Source of the DNA: Macrostomum lignano
Lineage: Eukaryota
DNA: 64,000 nt
Reading direction: 5' to 3'
NCBI GenBank assembly: GCA_002269645.1
Contig: NIVC01000084.1
Location: 1,054,001-1,118,000, forward strand
Shown here: positions 52,473-64,000 of the stretch, piece after piece
Layout of the letters: the number at the start of each line of letters is the position of its first letter
How positions within the stretch are numbered: position 1 is the stretch's first letter
Notes under the pieces: generated by a model
What the model was told of the DNA's origin: nothing
Database searches by the model: none
The model's input: the letters and a program-made list of their open reading frames with translations, nothing else
Translations under genes and position numbers: made by a program

Positions 52473-53369
52473 ATGGCAACCTTCACAGCCCCCCTGGTGT
52501 CCAGAACCGGCGCTGCGAAGCTGCACCGTCTGCCCCCAGACTTGGGCCACCTCTGCTGCCGAATCTCCGCCTGGGGCGGCAGCGGCGGCCGCAGCGGCTT
52601 CGGCTTTCCCGGCGGCCGCGGCGCCTTTATTTCGGGCTGCTTCGAACTCAACGCCGGGGCCAACATCAGCATTGTCGTGGGCAGCGGCGGAGCAGACGCG
52701 GCTTCCGATGGCCTCGGCGGGGGCGGAGGCGGAGGCGGAAGCTTCGTCATGGAGCAGGGCCCGCTTGAGACCAGCCAGTTGCTGTTGGCTGCCGGAGGCG
52801 GCGGCGGCTGCGGCGGAGCAAGTGCCTCTGGGAGTCCATCAGCTGGTGTCGGTGGGACCGACTCCCGCAACGGAACCGCCGCCGCCGAAGCAACTGGCGC
52901 TGCCCGAGGTGATGGCGGCATCGATGGCGCAGGAGCTCCGGCGCCGCCTCCCAGCGGAATTTCCAGGGGCGGTCGGGGCGGCGGCGGCGCCGGCTGCCTC
53001 TCCAAAGGCTGGCACGGCGGCGACACGTCTAGCGGTGGCGACGGCGGCGAAGGCGGCACCATTGGCAGCGACTGGCTCGGCGGCGCCGGCGGCGGCGCCG
53101 GCAGCAGTTTCGGTGGATTCGGCGGCTTCGGCGGCGGGGGCGGAGGCGGGGGGAGCGGCCCCAGTGTCCCGGCGGGAGGCGGTGGTGGAGGCGGCGGCTA
53201 CTCGGGCGGCGGAGTCGGCGGAGATTCCGCGCTGGGTGGCGGCGGCGGAGGCAGCTACGCTTCGGCGGAGGCCAAGAACGTCGTGAGCGCCGATTCAAAT
53301 AACACGGAGGCGAGCGGCCGGGTCCGGGTCGAGCTGGTTGGCTCGGCCAGTGGCGGCTGTTGCATCTGA
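52473..53369 (+). CDS. ALK/LTK-type glycine-rich domain protein
   Basis: ISAWGGSGG, GGRGAFISG.F.L..G..I.IVVG..G, GGGGGGSFV, LLLAAGGGGG and terminal GGGGGSY, the pattern of the ALK/LTK Gly-rich domain. Confidence 0.7.
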   Translation: MATFTAPLVSRTGAAKLHRLPPDLGHLCCRISAWGGSGGRSGFGFPGGRGAFISGCFELNAGANISIVVGSGGADAASDGLGGGGGGGGSFVMEQGPLETSQLLLAAGGGGGCGGASASGSPSAGVGGTDSRNGTAAAEATGAARGDGGIDGAGAPAPPPSGISRGGRGGGGAGCLSKGWHGGDTSSGGDGGEGGTIGSDWLGGAGGGAGSSFGGFGGFGGGGGGGGSGPSVPAGGGGGGGGYSGGGVGGDSALGGGGGGSYASAEAKNVVSADSNNTEASGRVRVELVGSASGGCCI

Positions 53370-54506
53370 GAGAAGCTTCTCCTCCAGCTTTAAAAATGAA
53401 CATCAAAACTTAGTTAACCTGAAAAAATTAACGCTTTATTGACAAAAGTTTTCTGACCTTGCAATTCAGTGCCTCGCTGTGGCCGCTGCTCTCAAAACAT
53501 CTGAACCGTTGAACAGGTGGAAATATCCGTGAAATTTGATTCTTTATGTCATTATACTAATTACTATTAACGAAACGTCTAAACAAGAAAAATGGATAAA
53601 GATGCCAAGCCCTTGTGATCGCATACATTTAGTGAGCAACTTGTCCCGAAGGGAGTTTTCTTGTGTGAAATATTTTAGTGATTGACGCAGTTCCGTCTCA
53701 CCGAGAAACTGGTTTAGAGTCGTATTTTCAGCATTAGCAGCTGATAATCTGTAAGCAAACAGAAAAGTATTGAATACTTTCAAGTCCAGGGCTTGCAACT
53801 CTAAAGGCGTTGTTACCCCTTGTCAGCCTTAGTTTAGCAGCTGATTGGCGCCGAGTCTTCAGTAAGTCGGGCGGGCTCCAGCAGGTGAGGCTGTGAAGAG
53901 AGATCATAGCAGTAGATAACACAGTTCACGTAGTGAAGGCAAAATCATCTTCAAAGTCTCCAAAAATAGAGCCCATTATAAAAAAAACTAACAAAACCAG
54001 CAAGTCAGAAGGAAGTCAGCACCTTTTACCAGAAGTTTTTAGCCTTTTTAGTCTATCGTTTTTTATATACCTACCATCTATTTGCAGACGTTAATTCAGT
54101 GAAGTTATTCATGTAGGATATATGAGCACTGTGAAAAGGATTATTGGGACCCAGATTCCTAAATTGGTTGCTCCATAGACCCCCTTTTGGGCCATAGACA
54201 ATGAAAAACAAGTCTTCAATGGCTTGATTCTCCCAATAAGGATTAAATTGCTTGCTTCTAGGCTCAATTACTGCAATATCACAACCCCGCCTGCCATTGT
54301 GCAGAAACTCTGATGAAAATTCCCAGGCTGTTAGGATTTCACGAGCGTATCTTGTTTCAAAAGTGGCTGAAGTGATCCCCAATTGATTTTTTGTTGAAGT
54401 TCAGTTGAGTTTTACGTATTCGGTAACTCTTAAAAAACGTATTTTTTTAAACCGAACGAGTTACGGGCTGCATTTCGGGTGGTCTCGCTTTTCACATCTC
54501 CAGGGC

Positions 54507-57506
54507 TCACCCCCTAGCGGACAGCACTGGATATTTTGGCTCGTAAACACGCAGACTCACCGATGAGGAAATCAGCTGTACCAGTTTGTCCCGTGTCAGT
54601 CGGTGCTCCGAAATGGTTCGGTGATGTGCCTGGATCAGTTTCACCAGCTGCTTGCGATCTGAGCAGTAGTTTAGCACCATTGCCAGCTCCTGTACGTCAG
54701 CATCCTTGCTGGCCGTCACATCGTCGAACCACTTCTGCGCCAGCATCGGATTCGAACTCGAGCCGTTCAGCTCTAATGTGAGACACTTTCTAAGAGCGTC
54801 AAAATTAACAAAATGGAACATGTTGTAGTTGTTCATCTCGACGGGAAAGGTGGCGCTGAGGAACCCAATCTTTGAGTAGATCACTGGTCTCTGGTGGTGG
54901 TGGAAGAAAAACTTCCAGGCCGAATCAGTTCCTTCCAGCTGCTGCCAAAGCAGCTTCTGCGCGAATTTTTCCGCTTCGATTTGAGTCGTGGTTTCCCGAA
55001 CTTGCGGCTGAAGCCTGCTGAGCTCAACACCGTGGCTCACGTGATGATTCACCATTGACTGCAGAGCTGCCTTCGCTTCTGCATGCCTTTCAAAAAGTAA
55101 ATACGCCAGTGCTCTGAGCGTTTCTCTGGCTGTTAGAGCGCAGTCCGGAACTCTTCCGATGCAGTTGAGCACAGCTTTCAGGCTGCAGCTTCCGCTAGAA
55201 CCCGAAATCTGCATCACAATGTTATGGATGGCATCTTTAGTTCATAGTATTCATACTGCGCAGACTTGGGTTCGAATTTGTACCAGGGGTACGGAATAAT
55301 AAGGAAGGGATGCATGTAGAACCTCTGCTAATCTAGAGGTCTCAGCTGATCCACAAAGCGGCACAAGTGCTTCATCAAGTCGCTAATTGTCCTTTCCACC
55401 TCCACCGCGATGTCGGGCTTGCTGCTGCTCCCAGTCTTCAGGTACACAACTGCATCCCGCAGGAAGAAGTGCCGCATGCAGCCGGGTCCTTCCGACTCAC
55501 TCAGCTCACGCACCAGTCGCCGCAGTGACTTTTCAATCAGCAAGACCAAGTTTTCGGGTCGCCACTCCGTCTCTGGCTCAGATTCCAGCATGTAAAACAG
55601 CAGGCATTTCGCATGGTACGTCTTCAATCCCTTAACGTTTTGCGCAATCACTTTTTTGATTAGATACTTGAGCACAATGAATAGTTGACCTTGTGTGTCA
55701 GTCAGGCTGCGCATGAGATGCCGCTCCAAGAAAGTAGTGCTCACTCTGAGCTGCCTACCAGACTCACCGGGAGGTGCGGTGGTCACTAAGTGACAGCAGG
55801 AATTGCGCAGCTGCTGCCTGAGTGACTCCCGCAGTTTTGGGGGTAAAGAACTGTTCTGCTGGTCAGGCCTCTTTGGCTGGCTACCGACATGTAGATCCGC
55901 AGGATTGGCATCTGCGATTGCTGAGCAGCCGCACTTCCTTCAATGGCTTCAATGTACGGGTAGCTGCAGCACTGGAACGCACTAACAAGATCGAATGCCG
56001 GCATCAAGAATGACCCATTCATCTGCATGGCCGGGTTGTCACCTGGAATTGCAATGTACGAGAGGGGATGGGATTCAAGAACTTTTCCTTTAAAAATGAT
56101 CGATTCGGGAACTGAATAGCAGTTAATAGAACCAATTTTACCTGAACCAGAGTAAATCACATGGCCGTTTCGATAGGGTATCAGCTCAAGTCCTTTGCCA
56201 CTGCACTGGCACCTGCCTTGAATGTGGCACAGTCTGCCAGGGACAAACTCTGTCACGTCAATGTCGGAGTCGGCGTCAGTTCTGCCTCCAAGCTGGCACA
56301 GGCTGTTGCCCCAACCTTCAGAGAAGCTGCCGACAAAAAATATTTCGCTCTTTTTCATTCTTTTCTGCTCAATTTCCTGCATGATGTCCGCCACGGTGGC
56401 CTGCACAGCAGCCATTTTGCTCACGAACCCAGTCTCTCTAAGCCGTCCGCTCAGCTCTGCACTCGCGCTGTTTTAATTGAAAAGAAAATTGTTGATTAGC
56501 ATATTGGTGATAAATTTAGCAGCTTCGTATGTGCTCACCTGATTGGATCCGGCGGCTCCCCTGGATGATTAGAAAACGCAAAGGAACCGCTGGTCGCTGA
56601 AGTGTCCTTGACCTCCGTAAATCCATGCCTCATCAGTAGCTGAGCTGTTTGAGTGCAACCAATCAGATGAGCGATTTGAATTGGAGTGATTGTTGAGTCT
56701 GTCAGTAGCTCAACTACAGCTGGTCGCGAGGTCACCGTCGCAGCAAATATCGGCGTCCACCCGTCCCGATTCTGAAGGTTGACATCGGCACCGGCCTTGA
56801 TTAAACAGTCCACTGTTTTCACATGACCATTCAGCGCTGCAGTGAACAACGGCGACTCCCCGGAGATCGTCTGGAGGTCTATTGAGGCTCCGGAAGCAGC
56901 GAGTGTCTTCACGACATCCACGTGACCGTTGGCAGCGGCAATAGAAAGTGCTGTTTCTCCCGTTCGTCTTTGAAAATCGACATTAACGCCAGATTTGATG
57001 AGCTCTCGAACTACCGGCTCGCGCCCCTTGTCGGCCGCAGCAAACAGTGGAGTCTCGTCCTCGTTTCTGGTCAGGGCGATGTCTGCCGTTGCAGAAATCA
57101 GCGCTTGAACAACTTTTAAGTGGCCGTTCACGCAGGCGATCAGAAGCGGAGTGGTGCCACTCCTCCTTCGGAGATCAACGTCTGCGCCCGCAGAAATCAG
57201 TTCCTCGATCACTTCAAAGTGACCATTCTGCGCGGCCACGTACAGCGGCGAAGACCCAATAGCTGTCTGTCGCAGGTCCAAATCCGCCCGGACTTTTAGC
57301 AACAGCTTGACCAGCCGAAGGTGACCGTTCTGGCAGGCTGCAAACAGCGGAGTGATCCCGGAGCTGCTGCGCCGGTTCACCCTGGCCCCGGCCTCGATCA
57401 GCCGGTTGGCCTCCTCCACATGGCCCGTTCGGGCGGCAACGTGCAGCAGCCTCGGATTTTCTTTGTCGCTGGCTGCTGACAACGCATCTTCATGTGGCTG
57501 GTCCAT
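54507..57506 (-). pseudogene. Ankyrin-repeat / cGAS-like Mab-21 nucleotidyltransferase gene with lesions
   Basis: About 7 ankyrin repeats spliced in frame (intron 56538-56468) to GSFSEG..DSDID NTase, then CHLV..QLRVSTTFLE and LKTYHAKCLLF; frameshift ~55840-55930, in-frame TAG at 55328-55330 and a second shift ~55245. Confidence 0.75.
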
Positions 57507-59329
57507 GCAGTTCGCGGAGCTGTGAAACTGAATTTAAGCAACGAGAAGAGTCAGATTTCCCTGTGACTTCAGTCTGCAAGGAATAAATACTGAACGGAGA
57601 GCCAGGCTTAACCTAGAGAAAACTTCAGTTGGAAAATTTATGCAAAAGCAGAGGATGCAGTTGGACGACGCTGTACAATTTTTGCGCACTATATGGCTGG
57701 GAGAGTGTAACTTTGATCCTCTGTACTATGTGATTGCCTTCTCCCCTATTTTTCCGCGCTAACTCCTGGGAACTGGCTAGGGAAGCGGAGAGGACCCGGA
57801 TGCACTTCCACCTGAAAGTGACTGGCTTTGGTCTGCTGCTGGTCTGCTTTTTGGTCTGCTTCTGCTAACTACTTACGGCTACTAAAACGCTGAAAGGAGT
57901 CACAGAGTAGTTTTTCAGACGGAATTAACTGCTGAAGTCTGTCTTATCCACCGATTAGACCAGTTTTGTCAAGTAGTTCTGTAAGGAGACTTTAGAATCT
58001 GCAAAGGCAATCAGCCAGCCAGTGCTCACAAAATGAGCTTCTGCCCGGAAGTTTTAAAAAACCAATCGGCCCCTGCCTCTGTCTTTTTTGTATCCGCCTT
58101 TCTGCCTCTGAAATTAATGCATCTGATTAGTTTCACCCAAAGTACATCAACAATGTACATGACAATGCTCTGAACTGAGCCGGAGCATTTTCTGTAGAAC
58201 TTCCCAGGTCTCGTTGCTTCTCATAACTTTGACAAAATAATTTCGACTCAAAAGAAACCAAAACCCCGTGAATTCAGTTTCCTCGAGTGTAGAGAGCACA
58301 AAGGCATTTATATTGAGGAACATTTGAAACTGCAGTGTCTGTATATATTTCACGCTCATCTCTAGTAGAGTACACTAGTACAAATTTTGAGTACACTCCC
58401 TGCAGGGCGATCCGAAGAGGGGGGGGCGAGCGCCGTCCATTCCATTCCAAAAGATGCATAGTCCAAGCCCGCAATGTGCGCGTGAGTTTCTCAGACTCAC
58501 GAGCTGCACTGATGCTTCTAACCCTCCGTATCACAATGTACGCATGTACCTTATGCGATAGAGACGCAGAGAAAGCCAATTTCGATTCACTGGGGAAACT
58601 GAAGGATGTATAGCCTCCTTTTTGAATGGTTTGTTAAGGAAAACCGGTGCCCTTTATTTCGCTCCCAAACCGAGAGCTTTGTACCAGCCTTCCTCCTGTG
58701 GAAGACTACTGGAATTTGATGGATACCGATTGCCGTTAGGAACTCATTGAGTGGTTAAGCAGCTTGCCTTGCGTCCTCCAAGGACATTAGATCCGCCAAG
58801 TACAGCCATTTTGATGCTTTTCCCAACTGCAAAATTAAATTGAAGGTTAATACCATTTCCAAGGTACTTGTGTTAGTACAAGGAACGAGTGAGCCTCATC
58901 AACGTGAGTCTTCAAATATCCTGTGTTTAGCACCAGATCTGACATCTGCGGCGGCAGTCAGCTTAGAGCTGAGGACGTCGGTCTAAGCAAGTACTCTGAT
59001 AAAAGCTCGCTCGTAATGCTAAATTCTCAATCCAAGCTAATCGATTCAACGGTTCAATGCAAATCAGTTCAGCTCAACAGACACGCTGTAGATAACATTA
59101 ATGTGCTTCAGCGATAGCTGGCTAGGTAAAAGCTGGAAATCTCTCTGGTTCTCAGGTGTGTCGGCGTGGAAAATAATTTACCTGCGATATGATGTTTCAC
59201 CAATATTCACCAGACACAGCAGCAGTATTCACCAGAAACAGTAGCAGTATTCACTGGACACAGCAGCAGTATTCAGTAGACACAGCGGTAGGCACAAGTG
59301 GTTGGCATATTTACTATGGAAAAGAAAAG

Positions 59330-61417
59330 TCGGGAAGGGCAGCAGAAGAAGCACGAAATTCCAACTTGAATCCAAGGGCCTGCTCTCGCCGGCCCAAGCT
59401 GGGTTCCGCCGCGGACGAAGCACGGAGGAACAACTGGCGCGTGTCTGACAAGACATTTTTGACGGCCTAGAACGCTCCCCGGCCTTCCGAAGCATCCTCA
59501 GCTGCCAGGATTTCAAAAGCGCGTATGAAACCGTCTGGAAAGAGGCCCTGACTTTCAAGATGGTCCAGGTTGGCATCGACGCCCACACGACCAGCTGGAC
59601 AGCCGCTTTCCTTGAAGACTACAGAGCCACGGTGTGCTGGAACGGCCCCTCAGCAGCCAACGCACCTTCCGCGAGGGTCTGCCACAAGGGTCGGTGCTGG
59701 CCCCGACCCTTTGGACAATTTTCGTCAACGATCTTGCCACAGACGTTACTGAAGCATCTCCCAGCTGCGGGTTGAGCCTTTACGCGGACGATTCGGCGCT
59801 TGTGGTCCCTCTACCATCCCTGCCCAAGTGTGTGGAGGTCCTTCAACCAGCCCTGGATGCCGTGACCACCTGGTGCTCCCGCTGGAAGATCGAATTAAGT
59901 ATCCACAGGTGCTGCTACTGTACTTTCACCCTCGCTCCTAAGGAAGTCAACGGGAAGGTCCGGGTCCCGCTCCAGCTCGGCAAAGAGCCTCTCAATTTCG
60001 ACCCGAATCCCAGGTTCCTTGGCCTGGTTCTCGACGGCCAACTCAATTTCACGGCCCACGCTGCTGATTTCCGTAAGTGCATGAGCCAAAGCCGACGAGC
60101 CCTGGCTAGCCTCGCGAGCAGGAAGGCCGGCGCTTCCCAGAAGGTCCTTCGCACTGCCTACCTGGCGACCATCCGAGCCGTCGCCGACTATGGCTGCGGC
60201 ATCTGGGGAGCGAGCGCCGCGCCGAGTACCAAATTGCTGATTGAACAGCAGCAGAACGTCTGTGCGCGCATCATCACCGGATGCCCGCAGCTCACCCACA
60301 CTACGAAACTCCTAGCTGCGGCGAACCTACCGCCATTTGGTCACGTGATCCTTGAGCGCGCCGCTCTCCTCCGCGAACGCGCCCTCCGCCTGCCAGACAA
60401 TGTCCCGGCCCACGGCTCCGCGGGGCGCACCACCCGCAGCAGACTCCTCAACCGCGCACATGAAAGCTTCAACCGGCGACAGGTTGGAGCCGGCCATCAA
60501 CCCACTGCTTTTGAACGACTACCGTCGTCCTTTCCGAGGCTGCTGGCGACGCGTGGCCCTTGAGCTCACTGAGGCCGCCTACCTTGAGGCCCTCCCACGC
60601 GAGCCCTACCCGCCACCGACCCCCGATACCAGCTGCTGGTATAGATGTCTGGACCGACGGGTCCGTCCGAGACGGCACCTCGGATGCCTGGGGTGCCGCC
60701 GTCATCACCACCCGCCTGTGGGGCACCACTATCGCCACTCCCGCCGGCCGGGTCGCATGCTCCTTCCAGGCGGAGATCTGCGCCATACGGGCGGCCCTCG
60801 ACTACACAAAACAGCTGACGCCGGACCATGGTGCGTCGATCCGTATCCACAGCAACTCGCTGGCGGCGCTGACAGCCCTCGAGCACGGCCCCTGCGACCA
60901 ACGCTCGGTGGATGGCAGCCTTTGCTGGTCAACGCTGAGCGCCATTCAACACAGCTGCGAGTTTTTATGGGTCCCGGCGCACTGCGACATCCTGGGAAAC
61001 GAGATGGCCGACCGCCGCGCCAATCGCGCACGTCTGGAACGTCAGCAGGACAGGCCTATCTCATTCCATGCTGCTAAGGCGGCCCTTCACCGTGCGAGAA
61101 CCGCCCTAGACCTCGAGGTGCTGGGGCCATGCTGGCACACCACCCCCCTGCACCTCAGCCGCGCCGAGACAGTCGCCATCAACCAGCTCAGGGCGGGATG
61201 CTCAATGCTGGCTAATTCCACCAGCCACCGTCTCGGCCTCACTGACGATCCGCTCTGCCGCGACAGAAGATCACATTCTTTTCGAGTGCCCGCGCGGCGA
61301 CGGTATCCGCGTTCGCTATGCCAACTGGGACGAGGCCCTAAAACATCCCGAGCAGGTCCTCGCCCTTCTGCGCAGACTGGGGCGCCTCTGAGCGCTCGTC
61401 CACCTCACTGCCTGTAG
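59330..61417 (+). mobile_element. Degraded 5'-truncated LINE (RT-RNase H)
   Basis: AQAGFRRGRSTEEQL, DFKSAYETVW, GLPQGSVLAP, YADD, then DVWTDGS..FQAEI..WVPAH..GNEMAD; several frameshifts and stops. Confidence 0.88.
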
Positions 61418-61701
61418 CAGCTGTGAGGACGGTGGACAAAGAAAGAAACGAAAATCCAATCAATAGACAGCTGTGGAGCAAAAATTAGACTGCAGAGGCA
61501 ATTTATATCACCCTATCCGCCATGTTTAGGCGATTTCACAGGGTTAGGATGGATTGCCAGCAAGTTTCAAATCGAAACTGCAGCTCAGCTAACATTTGAA
61601 CTTTGTCACCAACAGCAATGAATGTCAGTTCTGTAAAGTAGAGCACTGCAGATTCCAAATTAATCCGCAGTTTCCACGTCACCACTGCTCAAACCTTCAG
61701 A

Positions 61702-62646
61702 TTAGCCGGTACTCGGCATCGACTGGCTGGTCGGGCTGGGCTTCGACTTGTTGAAGAGCTTACTGCTCAGAAAATTGTTCCTGTAGAACCTTCTAAACTT
61801 TCTCCCAATCAAATAGGGAACCCATTTGAGTGCCGGATTGAAGTACATCAGAGCGTTCAGCAGAATTTTGGCCTGCTTTTCGGCATTGTCCGTAATGATC
61901 AGAACGCTGTCATTGCTTTCCAGATAGCTCAGAATAGTGTACGGAGCCTCGCAAATGAAGAAGATCAGACTGGTTGTTATGAATATCTTGGACACCGTCA
62001 CTGTCTGGTCCGGGCGATTGGCTCCGAGATCTTTCCCATTCCGGTTGAGATGAACCACAATGACCGCTAGCGTGAGGAGCAGCAGAAGGAACACCGCCAC
62101 CCTGCCAATGAAGAATGTGTACGTCCTGTAGAACTGGTCGATCGAATCTTTTTGAAAGTAGCAACGGTTTCTTTCGAAATTCCAAGCAGCGCTGAAGACT
62201 TTGGCGCAGGGTAGAAGACCCAGCGCGATGAGCAGCAGCTGGTACAGAATGACGTTCCTCTTGCGCAGCAGAGTGTCGCTCTTCAGAGGCGCCAGAGTCG
62301 CGCACAGGGAGTGAAAGCAGAGTCCCAGCCGGATGAAGGGGCTGCCGTGCAGCAGCCAGATGGTGAAAAGATAGTACACAATGCAGACTTCGATGCTGGT
62401 CTGCCGACGGTAGTCTTCAACTCCCAATATGTGGCCCATCACGCTCGGGGCCAGGTGGTGCGTGACAGACTTGCCAGCCGTGAGCAGGAAGTCGAACCAG
62501 CAGCTCACCAGCATGCTGAGCCTCACGGAGAAGGGAAAGCAGTCGGGGTTGCGCAGCAGCACCAGCGCACAGGAGGCATTGCCCCAGACCCCAACCAGCA
62601 TGACGAGGGGGAAGAGCCAGATGAAGACGCGAGACTGGAAGAACAC
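61702..62646 (-). CDS. Divergent rhodopsin-like 7TM receptor; N-terminus probably extends to an acceptor near 62698
   Basis: Seven hydrophobic segments, VGVWGN in TM1, FFICEAPY in TM6, YFNPALKWVPY in TM7; lacks a canonical DRY. Confidence 0.7.
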   Translation of the reverse strand: MFFQSRVFIWLFPLVMLVGVWGNASCALVLLRNPDCFPFSVRLSMLVSCWFDFLLTAGKSVTHHLAPSVMGHILGVEDYRRQTSIEVCIVYYLFTIWLLHGSPFIRLGLCFHSLCATLAPLKSDTLLRKRNVILYQLLLIALGLLPCAKVFSAAWNFERNRCYFQKDSIDQFYRTYTFFIGRVAVFLLLLLTLAVIVVHLNRNGKDLGANRPDQTVTVSKIFITTSLIFFICEAPYTILSYLESNDSVLIITDNAEKQAKILLNALMYFNPALKWVPYLIGRKFRRFYRNNFLSSKLFNKSKPSPTSQSMPSTG

Positions 62647-63736
62647 GTAGCCGGCCTCCGCCCAGTAGGGCTCAGCCGCAGCTGCTGGAGACTCTGCACC
62701 TGATGAACCGTTCTGGAATTTTTGTTGCAGGGTGGATCTGGGCTGTCTGTCAAATCACAAAGCAGGCAACATTTCAATTGAGTTAGTTGGCAGATGTTTG
62801 GGTTCTGGCACCTGTTTTGAAGACACAGGTGAACTGCAGACAACGAGGAGGCAACTGGGCAATCTTATGAGCAGGCATGCGAATGGATTCATACACAAGC
62901 ATGTTCTCAAGTGAAGCCTTGGGAATTTGCTTTTAAATGACCCTCAGCGTTCCGACTGACAACCCGAAATTGGTTTCACGGACTCGAACCTGGGTAGACT
63001 GGCCCGAGACAGAGTGAAAATTTGGCCATGGCAAAGTGACCCAAAAACTTACCATTCTCTCTCAGGGCAGAGTCGAGACAGGTTAGGCCAAGATTCCACC
63101 CAGCTCGGTCTCATATATACTGTAAATGTTGGGAGGGTCCCGCATTGGAAGCGCAGCTGCCTCCCTCTGTGCGATTCTCACAAAACTGCCGCATCTGCAA
63201 TGCAGACCGCATCAAGTCACGCAGTCTTTTTAAGCATCAATTTTTTATCGCGGGAAGACTTTTTGAATTGAGCAGCTGCCTGCTGGTTAAGACCTCCTGC
63301 CCTTCTTTGTGGGCACTGGCCCCATGATTTACAGTGGAATCCTGCCGTGGAGCTGGGCGTTGGCCAAAGTCATCGAATTCACTGTTGGATTTTGCCATGC
63401 ATGCAGTTCTCACAATTTCCATGCTAAACAGGAAATAAGGAATTCTCAATGCTTTTTTGGCTGTACCTAAAGGGATTTGATTCCTCGATTGAAAATGCGT
63501 TGCGACAGGTTGGATTCGGTGCAGCTGCAAGTTCCTGCAGACAAGCTGGTTCGAGCCAATTATATTCGAATGGTGCTGCTTCCCATGCGCCCATGCACAC
63601 CCTGCATAATACACGCAGGCCATGCATTTGTTGTTCCTTTGCATTTCTTTTTTCAGTTTGAAACTCAAAGCTGAAGACTTACTGAACATTCTCTGTACCT
63701 GCAGCAGTTGTACATCTACTGCAGTTGGCTCAGCCG

Positions 63737-64000
63737 TCACTGGAGACCGTCTCGTTCAATAGATACGACGGTGTGAGCGGCCGCCTCTGCATCAGCAGTC
63801 AATTTGTTCTCACTTTCTTGAAGTCGGCCCTTTGCAGCAGCGATCAGCCAGGCCTTCACCACCGCCGAGGTCCGCGCCAGCTGTTCGTGTTCGAACAATG
63901 CAGCAAGTCGGTGAGGGACTGCAGCTGCTCCAGGAGAGGCCGCCTGTTCGCCAAGTACGGATCGAGAGGATTCTACCTTGGAGGATGGCAGATGCCGGCC
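63737..64000 (-). CDS. 3' end of an unidentified ORF running off the window
   Basis: 88 stop-free GC-rich codons ending at TGA (63739-63737); no recognisable motif. Confidence 0.3.
   Translation of the reverse strand, partial: GRHLPSSKVESSRSVLGEQAASPGAAAVPHRLAALFEHEQLARTSAVVKAWLIAAAKGRLQESENKLTADAEAAAHTVVSIERDGLQ

Noticed and set aside
52415-53406. Minus-strand Pro-rich ORFs and the alternative-frame Ala-rich ORF over the Gly-rich gene
   Set aside because: Shadow ORFs of GGC-rich coding sequence.

Overview
Eukaryotic metazoan genomic window with spliceosomal introns, GC-rich exons and many minisatellites. A free-living flatworm such as Macrostomum is a plausible host, but that is inference only. 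The dominant feature is a full-length ~19.6-kb Polinton/Maverick (adintovirus-like) element at 5945-25526, bounded by 104-bp AGTAGT...ACTACT terminal inverted repeats. It carries the full core set: pPolB with an Endonuclease-VII insert, A32-like ATPase, minor and major capsid proteins, integrase-chromodomain, adenain-like protease, PLA2X and basic core proteins. It also carries unusual cargo: a TATA-binding-protein (TBP)-like gene whose conserved N-terminus has no AUG and starts exactly at a splice acceptor, a spliced T7-gp2.5/NCLDV-type SSB candidate, a dUTPase, and two spliced orphan genes, one a small transmembrane protein. A variant TATA motif, TATAAG(C), recurs upstream of nearly every gene of the virion/integration module, while the replication-side genes have other TATAA-N variants. 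This suggests an element-encoded TBP-driven late transcription switch, the top hypothesis here. The rest of the window holds a DDX31/Dbp7-like helicase gene, a young 5'-truncated RNase-H-bearing LINE with a 14-bp TSD, a muscarinic-type GPCR gene with a multiplied TM7 acceptor, a P-element-like THAP-only element with an 8-bp TSD, PAN-like and ALK/LTK glycine-rich ORFs, a disrupted ankyrin-cGAS-like (Mab-21) gene, a degraded LINE and a divergent GPCR.
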